Source: an uncultured Gemmatimonadales bacterium (GTDB taxonomy: Bacteria > Gemmatimonadota > Gemmatimonadetes > Longimicrobiales > Gaopeijiaceae). From it: a stretch of DNA of 64,000 nucleotides. The notes below the pieces were generated by a model that made no database searches, had not been told where the DNA came from, and saw only the letters and a program-made list of their open reading frames with translations. Positions 38,471 to 49,475 of this stretch are shown piece after piece. A program made the translations under genes and the position numbers. How positions within the stretch are numbered: the stretch's first letter is position 1; every line of letters begins with the position of its first letter. Location of the stretch: assembly GCA_963809895.1 (NCBI GenBank), contig CAWELD010000003.1, forward strand, positions 3,552,001-3,616,000, read 5' to 3'.

Positions 38471-38644
38471 CGATCCTCGAGGGCGGGTCTGGCCGCCTCT
38501 GTCGTCCGAATGGCCGAATCCACGTCGCCGTCTCCTTTCCGACTAGCCCGTGGGCGTCCTGCACGCGTTGCAAGCTCTCGTCGAAGCCCACCTGTGGTCA
38601 ACGGCTGCGTTCCGACGACGGTTGGCCGACGAGCCTGCCGGGGC

Positions 38645-38676
38645 TTGACGTTCAGTGCGTACTGAACGTTCTTAAT
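38645..38676 (+). promoter_or_regulatory. Promoter/operator ACGTTCAGT-N4-ACTGAACGT
   Basis: Perfect 9-bp inverted repeat at 38648-38669 overlapping TTGACG, upstream of the regulator and efflux operon. Confidence 0.75.
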
Positions 38677-38699
38677 CGTCCTCGTTTCTCCGGAACGGA

Positions 38700-39188
38700 G
38701 TGCCCGTGAAGCCGTCTGCCGAGCAGTTCATCGAAAAGATGGGTGCCCTGGCCGAGGCCCAGGGTGCGTCGCGCATCAGCGGCCACATCCAGGCCATGCT
38801 TCTCCTCACGCCGGGGGCCCGGTCCCTCGACGAGCTGGCGCAGGCCCTGCAGGTGAGCAAGGCGAGCGTGAGCGTGAACGCCCGCATGCTGGCGGCGCGA
38901 GGGCTCGTGGAGCGGACCCATCGCCGGGGTGACCGGCGGGTCTTCTACCGCATGGCCGACGACCTGGAAGAACGGATGATGGAGCGGGCCCTGGAGCTCA
39001 TGCGCCGGTCCCGCGACCTCTTCGCCGAGGCGCTTGAAACCGTCGCCCCCGAACACGACCTGGTGCGGGCGCGCCTGATCTCCCTGCGCGACATGCACGG
39101 CGAGATCGTGGGCCGTATCGAGTCCAACCTCGCCCGGTTGCGGTCCGCCGCGACCGACCAGACCGAATTCTCCTCTGAAAGGAGTTGA
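38700..39188 (+). CDS. GbsR/MarR family regulator
   Basis: FIEKMG, SLDELA..LQVSKASVS.N.R.L and GDRR.FY motifs. Confidence 0.88.
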   Translation: MPVKPSAEQFIEKMGALAEAQGASRISGHIQAMLLLTPGARSLDELAQALQVSKASVSVNARMLAARGLVERTHRRGDRRVFYRMADDLEERMMERALELMRRSRDLFAEALETVAPEHDLVRARLISLRDMHGEIVGRIESNLARLRSAATDQTEFSSERS

Positions 39189-40858
39189 TCACCGTGTCCC
39201 CGCCGCTGCTTTCCTCCCGGCCGCGCTCGGGTCTCGTCATCCGGCGGCTCGCGCCGTTGCTGGCACTCCTCGTGAGCGCCGCGCGCGTGGGCGCCCAGGA
39301 GTCGGGCCCGCCGCCCCGCTCCCTCTCACTGCAGGAGGCCATCGGTCTCGCCGAGGCCGGGGCGGAGCAGGTCCAGATCGCCGAAGCCGGCGTGACCAGA
39401 GCCCAGGGTGACCAGAAGCGGGCGCTGGCCGCCCGTCTCCCGCAGCTCAGCGGCTCCGCCAGCTACTCCAGGACGCTGGACAGCCAGTTTCGCGGCGCGT
39501 TCAGCTCCAGCGACACCACCACGGCCACGGAATGTCCGGCCTTCACCGGAAACCCGACATTGCCTCTGGAAGCTCGGGTGGACTCGCTGGAGAGCGCCGT
39601 TTCGTGCCAACCGGGCTCGTCGGGCCCCTTCGGAGGCGCCGACTTCAACTCGCTGGGCTTCGGCAGCGAGAACACCTACAACCTGGGCCTCACCTTCTCG
39701 TGGCAGGTGTTCAGCGGCGGCCGGTTGGCGGCGCAGAGCCGGGCCGCCGACGCGGGCCGCTCCAGCGCCGACGTGGCGCTGGCCTCGGCCCGGGCCGAAC
39801 TCGTTCTGGACGTCACGCAGGCCTACTACGACGCCCAGCTCGCGCAGCGACTCGTCGACATCGCCGAAGCCTCGTTGCAGCAGGCGGAGGCGACGCTCCA
39901 GCAGACGCAGCGTGAGCAGGAGGTGGGAACCCAGGCCGAGTTCGAGGTGCTGCGTGCACGGGTGGCCCGCGACAACCAGCGCCCGGCCGTCATCCAGCGC
40001 CGGACCGCTCGTGATCTGGCCCTCTTTCGCCTCAAGCAGCTCCTGGATCTTCCGCTGAACGAGTCCCTGGAGCTCACGGACGACCTCGAAGGCATCCCGG
40101 CCGTGAGCGAAGGTGCGGAGCTCCCGGCCCGGCCCGCCGTCGAGCGACGGGCCCCGGTGCGCCAGGCTCAGGCGGGAGTCGAGGCCCAGCGCAGTCAGGT
40201 GGACGTGGCGTCCGCTCAGCGACTGCCGAGCGTGGCGCTGACCTCTTCCTACGGTCGGGTCGCGTTTCCCCGCGACCTGACGCCCGCCTGGAGTCAGTTC
40301 CGCACCAACTGGACGGTGGGCGTGGCGCTGCAACTGCCGCTCTTCACGGGCGGACGCATCGGCGGCGACCAGATGGCCGCCCAGGCGTCGCTGGCGGAGG
40401 CTCGGGCCCGTCTCGAGCAGGCTCGGGAGCAGGCGTCGCTGGATACCTACCAGGCCTACGCCGAGCTGGACGCGGCGCGCGCCTCGTGGCAGGCCAGCTC
40501 CGGCACCGTGGAACAGGCGCAACGCGCCTACGAGATCGCCGAGATTCGCTTCCGCGAAGGTCTTTCGACGCAGCTCGAGCTGAGCGACTCGCGCCTCCTG
40601 CTCGAGCAGGCGCGGGTGAACCGGGCCCAGGCGGCGCGCGACCTCCAGGTGGCCCGGACCCGGATCCGGTTGTTGCCGGACCTGCCCCTGGGCGGGGGCT
40701 CGGCGGGTCAGACCGGTGCGGCGGCGGCAGCGGGCGGCGGTGGGTCGTCCGCCGCGTCGTCCACGGGCCGGACCACCACCACGACCACAAGCGGTACCGG
40801 AGCGTCGGGCGTCGTCATTCCCGGCGGCGCCGGCACCCAGGGAGGGGGAAACCGATGA
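39185..40858 (+). CDS. TolC family outer-membrane efflux protein
   Basis: LSLQEAI start, duplicated OEP helical repeats, RFREGLSTQLEL. Confidence 0.9.
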   Translation: MITVSPPLLSSRPRSGLVIRRLAPLLALLVSAARVGAQESGPPPRSLSLQEAIGLAEAGAEQVQIAEAGVTRAQGDQKRALAARLPQLSGSASYSRTLDSQFRGAFSSSDTTTATECPAFTGNPTLPLEARVDSLESAVSCQPGSSGPFGGADFNSLGFGSENTYNLGLTFSWQVFSGGRLAAQSRAADAGRSSADVALASARAELVLDVTQAYYDAQLAQRLVDIAEASLQQAEATLQQTQREQEVGTQAEFEVLRARVARDNQRPAVIQRRTARDLALFRLKQLLDLPLNESLELTDDLEGIPAVSEGAELPARPAVERRAPVRQAQAGVEAQRSQVDVASAQRLPSVALTSSYGRVAFPRDLTPAWSQFRTNWTVGVALQLPLFTGGRIGGDQMAAQASLAEARARLEQAREQASLDTYQAYAELDAARASWQASSGTVEQAQRAYEIAEIRFREGLSTQLELSDSRLLLEQARVNRAQAARDLQVARTRIRLLPDLPLGGGSAGQTGAAAAAGGGGSSAASSTGRTTTTTTSGTGASGVVIPGGAGTQGGGNR

Positions 40859-42028
40859 CACGCACGGAGGCTTCTGGGGCCGCGCCCCTTCGGTTCGCGA
40901 CCGCACGCGCGATGAGCCTGGTGGCGCTGCTGGCGCTGGCGGCGTGCGGTCGCGGCCCCGGCGGCGACATGGAGGCGGAGCAGGCCGCCCCCTTCCGCGT
41001 GGATCCCGCCGATCTGGTCGTGGTGGATTCGGGCACCATCGAGACGGGCCCCCTCCTGTCGGGCTCTCTGCAGCCGCGCCAGCAGGCCACCGTGAGAGCG
41101 GAGGTCGGAGGGCACGGTGCTCGAGGTCCTGGTGGAGCCCGGTCAGAACGTGCAACGGGGTGCGCCCCTGCTCCGCATCGACTCCGACGCGCCCAGCGAA
41201 AACCTGGAATCGGCCCGTGCCGGCGTGCGTTCCGCCGAGAGCCAGGTGCAGGTGGCGCGCCGCAACGTGGAGCGCAACGAGGAGCTCGTGAAGGTGGGCG
41301 CCGTCGCGGAGCGCACCGTCGAAGACTCTCGCAACCAGCTCTCCGCCGTCGAGGCCCAGCTTGCCGATGCCCGCTCGCGGCTGACCCAGGCCCAGAAGCA
41401 GGTATCCAACACGCGTCCGGTGGCGCCTTTCACCGGCGTGGTCAGCGAGCGGCCCGTGAACGCCGGCGACGTGGTGTCACCGGGCGCCGCACTGGCCAGC
41501 ATCATCGATCCGTCGACGCTGCGGCTGGTTGCGGCGATCCCCGCCGAGGTGCTGTCCGCGGTCGAGGTCGGCGCCTCGGTGCAGTTCCAGGTGACGGGAT
41601 ACTCCGACCGCCGTTTCGTGGGGACCGTCGAGCGCATCAACCCGGCCGCCGACCCAGTCACCCGCCAGATCACGCTCTACGTCGACATCCCCAACGACGA
41701 AGGCAATCTGGTGGCGGGGCTCTACGCCGAGGGCCGGGTCACCAGCGATCGGCGTCGCGCGCTGGTCGTGCCTCTGTCGGCCACCAGCCTGGGCGGTGAG
41801 GACGCCGAGTCCGGGCCGATCCTCCGGGTGCGGCGGGGTGAGGTGGAGCGTGTGGATGCGGCCTTCGGGGTCATCGACCGGCGCACGGGCCGCGTAGAGG
41901 TCCTGGCCGGCGTGGCGCTGGGCGACACCGTGTTGGTGGGGCCGGCGCGCCAGATCACCCCCGGAACGCCGGTCGAGGTGTCCGGGAGCGGGCCGGGCGG
42001 CGGTGCGGCGGCCGGCGGGGAGAGCTGA
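40855..42028 (+). CDS. RND periplasmic adaptor (MFP) with +1 frameshift at 41110-41112
   Basis: Lipobox LAAC and VRAEVGG in one frame, TVLEVLVEPGQNV..G.PL in the next; removing one G from GGG restores the ORF. Confidence 0.85.
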
Positions 42029-42031
42029 GCC

Positions 42032-45000
42032 ATGGTCATTTCGGATTTCGCCATCAAGAAGCCCATCGTCACCGTGACGGTGATGATCGCCCTGGTGGTC
42101 TTCGGGCTGTACGCGCTCCTGCTCCTGGACGTGGACGAGTTCCCGGAGATCACCAATCCCATCGTCTTCGTGGCCGTGCCCTACCCCGGCGCGTCTCCGG
42201 AGCAGGTGGAGCGCGACGTGGTGGACCCCATGGAGGAGGCGTTCAACGCCATCGGCGGGATCGACCAGATCACCTCCACCTCGCAGGACGGCTTCGCGCA
42301 GATCACGGTGCAGTTCGTCTTCAGCAAGGACGTGGATCAGGCGTCGCAGGACGTGCGGGACGCCATCTCGGGGATCCGGGGCGACCTGCCGCTGGAGATG
42401 GAGGAGCCGGTCATCCGGCGGGTGGACCCCAACGACCTTCCCATCGTGTCGTTGACCCTGTCCTCACCGGACATGGGGCCCGTGCAGCTTACACGCCTGG
42501 CCGATCCGGCCATCACCCGCGAGCTGCGGGCCATCGCCGGCGTGGCGCAGGTGACGGTGCAGGGGGCCGTCGAGCGTGAGCTGACCGTGAACCTCCGGCC
42601 CGCCGATCTGGAGGCCTCCGGCGTGAGCGTGGCCCAGGTGGTCGGCGCCCTCCAGGGCCAGAACCTGTCGGCGCCGGTGGGGCGTGTGAACGCGCCGCTG
42701 CAGGAGCGCACCATCCGCCTCATGGGCCGGCTCGAGAGCCCCGAGCAGTTTCTGCAGATCGTGGTGGGCCAGCGTCAGGGTCAGCTCGTGCGCCTGGGTC
42801 AGGTGGCCGACGTCCTGGACGGCTCCGAGGAGCCTCGCACGCTGGCGCTCTACAACGGCCGCGAGGCCGTCGGTCTGGACATCACCAAGTCTCGCGAAGC
42901 CAGCACGGCCAGGGTGAGTGCGGACGTGCGCGAGCGGGTCGAGGAACTCCGCAAGACGCTCCCGGAGGGTGTGCGCCTGGACATCGTGCGTGACGCCGGT
43001 GACCGGGTCGAGAACTCGGTGCGCAACGTGGAGGAGACGCTCTTCGAGGGCGCTATGCTCACCGTGTTCGTGGTCTTCCTCTTCCTCAATTCGTGGCGCA
43101 GCACGGTCATCACCGGGCTGGCGCTGCCGGTGTCGGTGCTGGCGTCGTTCATCGCCGTGTGGGCCTTCGGCTTCACCCTGAACACCATGTCGCTGCTGGG
43201 GCTGTCGCTGGCCATCGGCATCCTCATCGACGACGCCATCGTGGTGCGGGAGAACATCGTCCGGCACATCGAGATGGGGCAGGATCACTTCGAGGCGGCG
43301 CACACGGGCACCGACCAGATCGGCCTGGCGGTGGCGGCCACCACCTTCTCCATCGTGGCGGTGTTCGTGCCCGTGGCCTTCATGGAAGGAGTGGCGGGGC
43401 AGTGGTTCAAGCCCATGGCGCTCACCATCGCCTGCGCCGTGCTGGTCTCGCTCTTCGTATCGTTCTCGCTGGATCCCATGCTGTCGGCCTACTGGCCGGA
43501 CCCGCAGCTCGAGGCCCACGAACGCAGGAATCCCATCGCGCGGGCGCTGGACCGCTTCAACGAGTGGTTCGACCGCCAGGCGGAGCGCTACAAGGGCGTG
43601 ATCGCGTGGGCGCTGGACCATCGCTGGAGTGTCATCGGCCTGGCCACGGCTGCCTTCGTCGGAGCCCTGGCGGTGCAGGTCGTGTTCGGCGGCGCGGGCT
43701 TCGTGCCCAACAGCGACCGCTCCGAGATCAACGTGGGCGTGGAAACGCCGCCGGGATCCAGCATCGAGTACACGCGCATCAAGGCCGAGGAGGTGGCCCG
43801 CATCGCCCGCACCCACGGCGAGGTGGCCTATACCTACACGACGGTGGGCAGCGCCACGGGCTCGGGCGCCGTGGACGAGGGCAACGTGTACGTGCGCCTC
43901 GTGCCCAAAGCCGATCGCGGAGCCTCGCAGCAGCAGGTGGCGGAACGCATCCGGGGCGAGATCCGGCGCGTGGCCGGTGCCACGGCCTACGTGTATTCCG
44001 CGGGATTCGGGGGCAACCAGAAGCAGATCCAGGTCCAGTTGCGCGGCGAGGAGGACACCGAGCTGCAGCAGGCCGCCGACCGGGTCCTGGGCGTCTTGAA
44101 CGACGTCCCGGGTGCCGTCGATGGGGGACTCTCCACCCGCGGCCAGAAGCCCGAGCTGGAGGTGAATATCCGGCGGGGGCTCGCGGCCACGCTGGGGTTG
44201 TCGCCCGCTCAGATCGCGCAGGCGCTCCGCCCCGCGTTCGCCGGCATCAAGGCCGGCGATTGGGTGGATCCCACCGGTGAGACACGCGACGTGCGGGTGC
44301 GCCTGGAGCCGTCGGCCCGCACCAACGCCTCGGATCTGGCACGCCTGCCCTTGGTGGTGCCGGGGCCCGCCGGTGGAGCGCCCGGCACGCTGCCGCTGGG
44401 CCAGGTCGCCGAGATCCGCGAGAGCATGGGTCCCGCCCAGATCCAGCACCTGGATCGGGACCGCGTCATCACCGTGGGCGCGAACGTGGACGGGCGCTCG
44501 TTGTCGGAGGTGTCGCAGGACATCAACCGCCGCATCGCCGGAATGAACCTGCCACCGGGCGTGGTCGTCTCTCAGGGTGGGCAGGTGGAGCAGCAGGGCG
44601 AGGTCTTCACCAGCATCTTCGCGGCGCTGGGCCTGGCCCTCATGCTCATGTATCTGATCCTGGTCATGCAGTTCGGGTCGTTCCTGGACCCCCTCGCCAT
44701 CCTCATCTCGCTCCCCCTCTCGCTCATCGGCGTGGTGCTGGCGCTCCTCATCACCGGCGACACGCTCAACATCATGAGCATGATCGGCGTGATCCTGCTC
44801 ATGGGCATCGTGGCCAAGAACGCCATCCTGCTCATCGACTTCTGCAAGTGGGGGCGGGAGCGGGGCCTGTCGCTCAGAGAGGCCATGATCGAAGCCGGGC
44901 GCGTGCGTCTGAGGCCCATCCTCATGACCACCCTGGCGCTCATCGCGGGCATGATCCCGGTGGCACTGGGGATCGGAGAGGGCGCCGATTTCCGGGCGCC

Positions 45001-45208
45001 GTTGGGCCGTGCCATCATCGGAGGGGTGATCACCTCCACCTTCCTGACCCTGCTGGTGATCCCCACGGTCTACGAGATCCTGGACGACTGGCGGACCTGG
45101 CTGGTGGCGCGCGTCACGGGCAAGAAGCCAGAATACGACCGGCACCGGGAGAGGAAGGGCGCGGGGCCGGCCCCCGGCGCCGAGCCGGTGCCCGAGGCGG
45201 GGGACTGA
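42032..45208 (+). CDS. RND efflux transporter permease (AcrB/AcrD/AcrF family)
   Basis: 1058 aa; [19 protein letters not shown] and RLRPILMTT motifs. Confidence 0.95.
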   Translation: MVISDFAIKKPIVTVTVMIALVVFGLYALLLLDVDEFPEITNPIVFVAVPYPGASPEQVERDVVDPMEEAFNAIGGIDQITSTSQDGFAQITVQFVFSKDVDQASQDVRDAISGIRGDLPLEMEEPVIRRVDPNDLPIVSLTLSSPDMGPVQLTRLADPAITRELRAIAGVAQVTVQGAVERELTVNLRPADLEASGVSVAQVVGALQGQNLSAPVGRVNAPLQERTIRLMGRLESPEQFLQIVVGQRQGQLVRLGQVADVLDGSEEPRTLALYNGREAVGLDITKSREASTARVSADVRERVEELRKTLPEGVRLDIVRDAGDRVENSVRNVEETLFEGAMLTVFVVFLFLNSWRSTVITGLALPVSVLASFIAVWAFGFTLNTMSLLGLSLAIGILIDDAIVVRENIVRHIEMGQDHFEAAHTGTDQIGLAVAATTFSIVAVFVPVAFMEGVAGQWFKPMALTIACAVLVSLFVSFSLDPMLSAYWPDPQLEAHERRNPIARALDRFNEWFDRQAERYKGVIAWALDHRWSVIGLATAAFVGALAVQVVFGGAGFVPNSDRSEINVGVETPPGSSIEYTRIKAEEVARIARTHGEVAYTYTTVGSATGSGAVDEGNVYVRLVPKADRGASQQQVAERIRGEIRRVAGATAYVYSAGFGGNQKQIQVQLRGEEDTELQQAADRVLGVLNDVPGAVDGGLSTRGQKPELEVNIRRGLAATLGLSPAQIAQALRPAFAGIKAGDWVDPTGETRDVRVRLEPSARTNASDLARLPLVVPGPAGGAPGTLPLGQVAEIRESMGPAQIQHLDRDRVITVGANVDGRSLSEVSQDINRRIAGMNLPPGVVVSQGGQVEQQGEVFTSIFAALGLALMLMYLILVMQFGSFLDPLAILISLPLSLIGVVLALLITGDTLNIMSMIGVILLMGIVAKNAILLIDFCKWGRERGLSLREAMIEAGRVRLRPILMTTLALIAGMIPVALGIGEGADFRAPLGRAIIGGVITSTFLTLLVIPTVYEILDDWRTWLVARVTGKKPEYDRHRERKGAGPAPGAEPVPEAGD

Positions 45209-45227
45209 CCACGGGGAGGACGCGGCC

Positions 45228-45797
45228 ATGCGGTCGGACGACGAGGAGCGCTGCGCCGAGCTGAGGCGAGTGCAAGCGATCGACGAGGCCTTCGGGCGCG
45301 GCGATCTCGAGGCCCTGCGCGCGGCGGTGGGCGATCCGGAGGCCATCCCCAACGGCTTCATCGGAATGGCCTTCGGGCCGTGCCTGGAGTACGCGATCTA
45401 TCACAGCCCGCTGGCGTTCGTGCGCGAGCTCCTGGAGTTGGGTGCCGACGTGAATCCCACGAATCACGGGGGATTCCCGCCTCTGATCGCGACGCTCACC
45501 GGCGGCCGCTCGTCGCGTGACGCGGGCCCGCACTCGGGCCCGCTCCAGGTTCTTCGCCTCCTGCTGGAGTTCGGCGCGGACCCGGACCAGCGGGGGTTCA
45601 ACGACTACACGCCACTCCACTACGCCGTGGAGACCCACAACCTCGACGCGCTGGACATCCTGCTCGCGGCCGGGGCGAACCCCACCCTCGCCACGCGCAT
45701 CGATGATCTGGAGACCCCTCGCGAGCTGGCGGAGAAGCTGGGTCTGGCGGAGTACGCCGTGCGGCTGAGGGCGGCCGAGGAGGAGTGGCGGGGTTGA
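45228..45797 (+). CDS. Ankyrin repeat protein
   Basis: LLELGADVN, TPLHYA and LLAAGANP repeats. Confidence 0.88.
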   Translation: MRSDDEERCAELRRVQAIDEAFGRGDLEALRAAVGDPEAIPNGFIGMAFGPCLEYAIYHSPLAFVRELLELGADVNPTNHGGFPPLIATLTGGRSSRDAGPHSGPLQVLRLLLEFGADPDQRGFNDYTPLHYAVETHNLDALDILLAAGANPTLATRIDDLETPRELAEKLGLAEYAVRLRAAEEEWRG

Positions 45798-45855
45798 CAC
45801 GCGGCGGAGGCGGCGTGGGGCGGACTCCGCGCCGAACGGCGGCGCGCGAGCCCTC

Positions 45856-45885
45856 TTGCGTCTACGGCAGTTGTCGTACTATCGT
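45856..45885 (+). promoter_or_regulatory. BlaI-type operator TACGGCA-GT-TGTCGTA with promoter
   Basis: Inverted repeat at 45863-45878 (1 mismatch) between TTGCGT and TACTAT/TATCGT. Confidence 0.65.
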
Positions 45886-45930
45886 CGGGTTCGGGGACCG
45901 TGACGATGTATCGGACGCTGGGATGAGACG

Positions 45931-46323
45931 ATGACGAAGACGGGAAGACGTCCACCTGCGGCGCTGCCGTCGGATGCCGAGCTCAAGCTCCTGCGTGAGC
46001 TCTGGCAGGCCGGCGAGCTTTCCGTGCGCCAGCTCCACGAGCGGGTCGAAGCCGACTGGCCGGTGGGGTACACCACCGTGCTCAAGCTGCTTCAGCGCAT
46101 GCACGACAAGGGCCTCGTGTCTCGACGCGGGGCGGGCCGCGCGCATCTGTATCGGGCCGTCACCGGCGAGGCGGTTCTGGAGCGGCGCCTGGTGCGCGAC
46201 TTCCTGGCGCGCACCTTCGACGGCTCCGTGGAACGCCTGCTCCAGCGAGCGCTGCCCGACCGGGCCGCCGACTCCGACGAGCTCCGGGAGATTCGCCGAC
46301 TCCTGGATCGTATCGAGGAGTGA
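45931..46323 (+). CDS. BlaI/MecI/CopY family repressor
   Basis: PSDAEL..L..LW, GYTTVLKLLQRMHDKGLV and FDGS motifs. Confidence 0.92.
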   Translation: MTKTGRRPPAALPSDAELKLLRELWQAGELSVRQLHERVEADWPVGYTTVLKLLQRMHDKGLVSRRGAGRAHLYRAVTGEAVLERRLVRDFLARTFDGSVERLLQRALPDRAADSDELREIRRLLDRIEE

Positions 46324-46330
46324 GGACGTG

Positions 46331-47575
46331 ATGCCCGGCCTGGTGTCCACCGGCCTCCTCAGAACGCTGGGATGGTCGCTGCTGCATACGCTCTGGCAGG
46401 CGGCCGCCGTCTACGCCGGGCTGCGACTGGTGCTGACCATTCTTCCCACCGCCACAGCCCGGGCTCGCTACCACGCGGCCCTGGGTGCCGGCGTGGTGCT
46501 GCTCGTGCTCTGGGTCGGCACGACGGCCTGGTTGGTCGGGGGATGGCGAGAGCACGCCCGCTGCTGGGACTCGACCCCCGCGGAAATCGAGGCAGCGCCA
46601 GCGCTCTGCCGGGGACACGGGCGTGTCGACCCGAGGTCGGAGGCAGCGGAGCCGGCGCACTCCTCGGTCTTTCATCGTGTGGACGAGTTTGCGCGAGCGC
46701 TGGCGACCCCGGTGAACGAGATGGTGGGACCGCCGCTCCCGGGTCTCTCGCGAGCGGCCACGCCGCTCCTGGGGTCGTGGCCGGTGGTCTGGGCCGCGGT
46801 CTTCGGGCTCCTCGCGCTGGGCACCGTGGTGGGCCACCGATCGCTCCGGCGCATGGTGGCTGAATCGGAGCCCGTCTCCGACCGTCGGGCCGTGTCGGCG
46901 CGGGACGAGTTGGCCGCTGCGCTGGGACTGCCTGCCGGCATCCCTTTGCGGTCCAGCGCGCGCGTGTCGGGTCCGGGAGTAGCAGGGTGGGGCCCCGGTG
47001 CGATCGTCGTGCCCCATGGCCTCACCGAGACTCTTGGCGACGTGCACCTGCGGGCGCTCCTCGCCCACGAGTTGGCGCACGTGAGGGGTGGGGACTACGC
47101 CGTGGGCTTGGCTCAGCTCCTGCTGCAGCGAGCGCTCTTCTTCAATCCGTGGGCTCGCGTCCTGTCGCGGAGCATCACCGAGGAGCGTGAGGCGCTCCGG
47201 GACCACGCCGCCGTCGGTGCCGTCGGCTCGAGGCGCTCGTACGCCGAGATGCTGTTGGCCCTCGAGGAAACGCGAGCCCGCCGGCCCGCGCCCCGGAGTC
47301 TCGTCCCCCTGCTCGCCGAGGGCACGCTCCTGAGCAGGGTGCGTCGCCTTGTCCCCGGCGCCAGCCGCGGCCGCGCCCGGTGGCGGATCGCGTCGGCTCT
47401 CACCGCCGCCGTCCTCGCCACCGCGATCCTGTTGGAGGCGACCCTGGCCGCCGGCGCCCTGAGCTCCTGGGCGGTCATGAGCGCCGACACGCAGGCGCGC
47501 CAGGCCGCGGCATCCGGCGCCGCCCGGGTGCCGGACCCTACAGCGACCGCCCCCCACTCCACCGCACACGACTGA
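46331..47575 (+). CDS. M56 (BlaR1-like) membrane metallopeptidase
   Basis: LGWSLLHTLWQ, AHELAH and FFNPW...E.E...D motifs. Confidence 0.88.
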   Translation: MPGLVSTGLLRTLGWSLLHTLWQAAAVYAGLRLVLTILPTATARARYHAALGAGVVLLVLWVGTTAWLVGGWREHARCWDSTPAEIEAAPALCRGHGRVDPRSEAAEPAHSSVFHRVDEFARALATPVNEMVGPPLPGLSRAATPLLGSWPVVWAAVFGLLALGTVVGHRSLRRMVAESEPVSDRRAVSARDELAAALGLPAGIPLRSSARVSGPGVAGWGPGAIVVPHGLTETLGDVHLRALLAHELAHVRGGDYAVGLAQLLLQRALFFNPWARVLSRSITEEREALRDHAAVGAVGSRRSYAEMLLALEETRARRPAPRSLVPLLAEGTLLSRVRRLVPGASRGRARWRIASALTAAVLATAILLEATLAAGALSSWAVMSADTQARQAAASGAARVPDPTATAPHSTAHD

Positions 47576-47607
47576 CGCACGGTCACATCTTCTTCTGGAG
47601 GATCACG

Positions 47608-49308
47608 ATGTACCCTCATGTACGACGTCCGTCGTATTATCCCCCTTTCTCGCGTTTCGTGTTCCGGTGCCTGGCTGGAGCCGTGTGCGCGGCCCTGATC
47701 CTGGTGTTCGCTCCGCGGGTCGGGAGTGCCCAGAATACCCACACGGCCGCCATCGATTCCATGGTGCAGGCAGAGCTGCACGCGCGTCCCATCGCGGGAA
47801 TGGTCGTCGGGGTGGTCCAGGGCGAGGACACGCTCTTCCTGAAGGCATACGGGAAGGCCGATCTGGAGAACGGGAGTCCCATGTCCGAGGACGGCGTCTT
47901 CCGGATCGCCTCGCTGACCAAGCAGTTCACGGCCGCGGCCGTGCTCGAGCTCGTGGAGCAGGGGCGGGTCGCGCTGGACGACGACATCCGCACGTACCTG
48001 CCGGATCTGGACACCCAGGGCCGGGTCCTGCGGATCCGCCAGCTCCTGAACCACACGTCGGGTGTGCGCAACGTCTACGAGTTGGCGGCCTGGTCCCGCA
48101 TCCGTCCCCTGCGGCTCCCTCGGGCCGAAACCCGGAAGCTGGTGCTCCAGGGTCTGGCCGAGGAGGGCCTGGATTTCGAGCCCGGCACCGACTTCCACTA
48201 CTCGAACACGGGATACGATCTGCTGGGAGACATGATCGAGAAGGTCACGGGCACGGACCTCGGCAGCTTCTTCCGGACCGAGCTCCTCGAGCCGTTGGGG
48301 ATGGACCACACGAGCATGTGTCCGTGGCCTCGCGTGATTCCCCACCGGGTCCGCGGATACGAGCCCGACGGCGGGACGCTCACCAACGCCTTCCGTATCA
48401 GCCAGGGCGTCCTGTTCGCCTCGGGGGGCCTCTGCTCCGATGCGCGCGACCTGCTCCGCTGGAACGCCGCGCTGCACGGCGGGCGCGTTCTGTCGCCGGA
48501 GAGCTACCGGGCCATGACGACGCCCGAGGGCGCGAGCACGACGTACGGATACGGTCTGTTCATCAACACCCTCCAGGGCCATCGCGTCATCCGACACAAC
48601 GGTTCCGTTCCCGGGTTCGCGAGTCAACTCGAGTACTATCCCGACGACAGCCTGTCCATCGTGGTCCTGGCCAACAGCCCGGCCATGGTGGGCATGCTCG
48701 CCAGCGATATCGCCCTGAACGTGCTGGGCCTGCCCCCCCGCCGACCCGCGGTGCGGCCCGACGGCTGGAAGGTGGTGGCGCTCCAGCCCGGGGCCGACAC
48801 GACCGCCATCAACTTCCGGACCATGATGGCTGGCGTGCATGTCACGGCGGGGCCCGGCGCGCTCTACTTCAATCCGGACAGCGCGGCGGTCGGTGACTAC
48901 ACGGTGGCAGGCACCTTCATCGGCCTCGCCGATCCCGACCCCGATTACGGGCACGGCATCCTTCTGGCCGGTCGCTCTCTCGAGACCTCCGAGGCGGCGT
49001 ACCTCCGCTTCGTGGTGCGCGGATCCGGTGAGTACGCGCTGATCCGGCATGCCCACGGGAGTGACGAGGCGCTGATCCCCTGGACCGAAGCCGCCGCCAT
49101 CCACCACAAGCGCCCCCACGCCAACGCGGCCAATGCGCTGGCGGCTCAGGTGGAGCGAGGCACCCTGCACCTCCAGATCAACGATGAGGAGGTGGCCGCG
49201 CTTCCACTCGGGTCCGTGGGCCCCTCGGACGGCATCATCGGCCTCTGGGTGGGCGACGGCGACGACGTGCACATCGACGGCTTCGGGGCCAGGGGCGGTC
49301 GCGACTGA
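47608..49308 (+). CDS. Secreted serine hydrolase (class C beta-lactamase/peptidase S12) with extra C-terminal beta-sandwich domain
   Basis: GGAGG + ATG; signal peptide; ASLTK, LLNHTSG, YSN and HNG motifs. Confidence 0.9.
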   Translation: MYPHVRRPSYYPPFSRFVFRCLAGAVCAALILVFAPRVGSAQNTHTAAIDSMVQAELHARPIAGMVVGVVQGEDTLFLKAYGKADLENGSPMSEDGVFRIASLTKQFTAAAVLELVEQGRVALDDDIRTYLPDLDTQGRVLRIRQLLNHTSGVRNVYELAAWSRIRPLRLPRAETRKLVLQGLAEEGLDFEPGTDFHYSNTGYDLLGDMIEKVTGTDLGSFFRTELLEPLGMDHTSMCPWPRVIPHRVRGYEPDGGTLTNAFRISQGVLFASGGLCSDARDLLRWNAALHGGRVLSPESYRAMTTPEGASTTYGYGLFINTLQGHRVIRHNGSVPGFASQLEYYPDDSLSIVVLANSPAMVGMLASDIALNVLGLPPRRPAVRPDGWKVVALQPGADTTAINFRTMMAGVHVTAGPGALYFNPDSAAVGDYTVAGTFIGLADPDPDYGHGILLAGRSLETSEAAYLRFVVRGSGEYALIRHAHGSDEALIPWTEAAAIHHKRPHANAANALAAQVERGTLHLQINDEEVAALPLGSVGPSDGIIGLWVGDGDDVHIDGFGARGGRD

Positions 49309-49413
49309 TGCCGGGCACCGTGACGGCTGGGGCATCTGAGCCGCCACGCACCCTTCGCGTTCCAACCTTCCCGCGACTTCGTCCGTCTCACCTCCTGAAA
49401 CATTGCTGCCCGC

Positions 49414-49433
49414 GACATAGTATGTCATACATA
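49414..49433. promoter_or_regulatory. Putative PadR operator (overlapping GACATA-G-TATGTC and TATGT-CAT-ACATA)
   Basis: Two perfect overlapping inverted repeats about 45 bp upstream of padR. Confidence 0.65.
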
Positions 49434-49475
49434 GCATCAGAACGTCGCGACCCTGAAAACTGGAGAACCCCCGCC

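Noticed and set aside
40690..40850. Low-complexity GGC/ACC repeats
   Set aside because: They encode the Gly/Ala/Ser/Thr tail of TolC; not an independent repeat element
41110..41112. Programmed frameshift in the RND adaptor gene
   Set aside because: No slippery heptamer or stimulatory structure seen; a single extra G is best explained as a sequencing error or point indel
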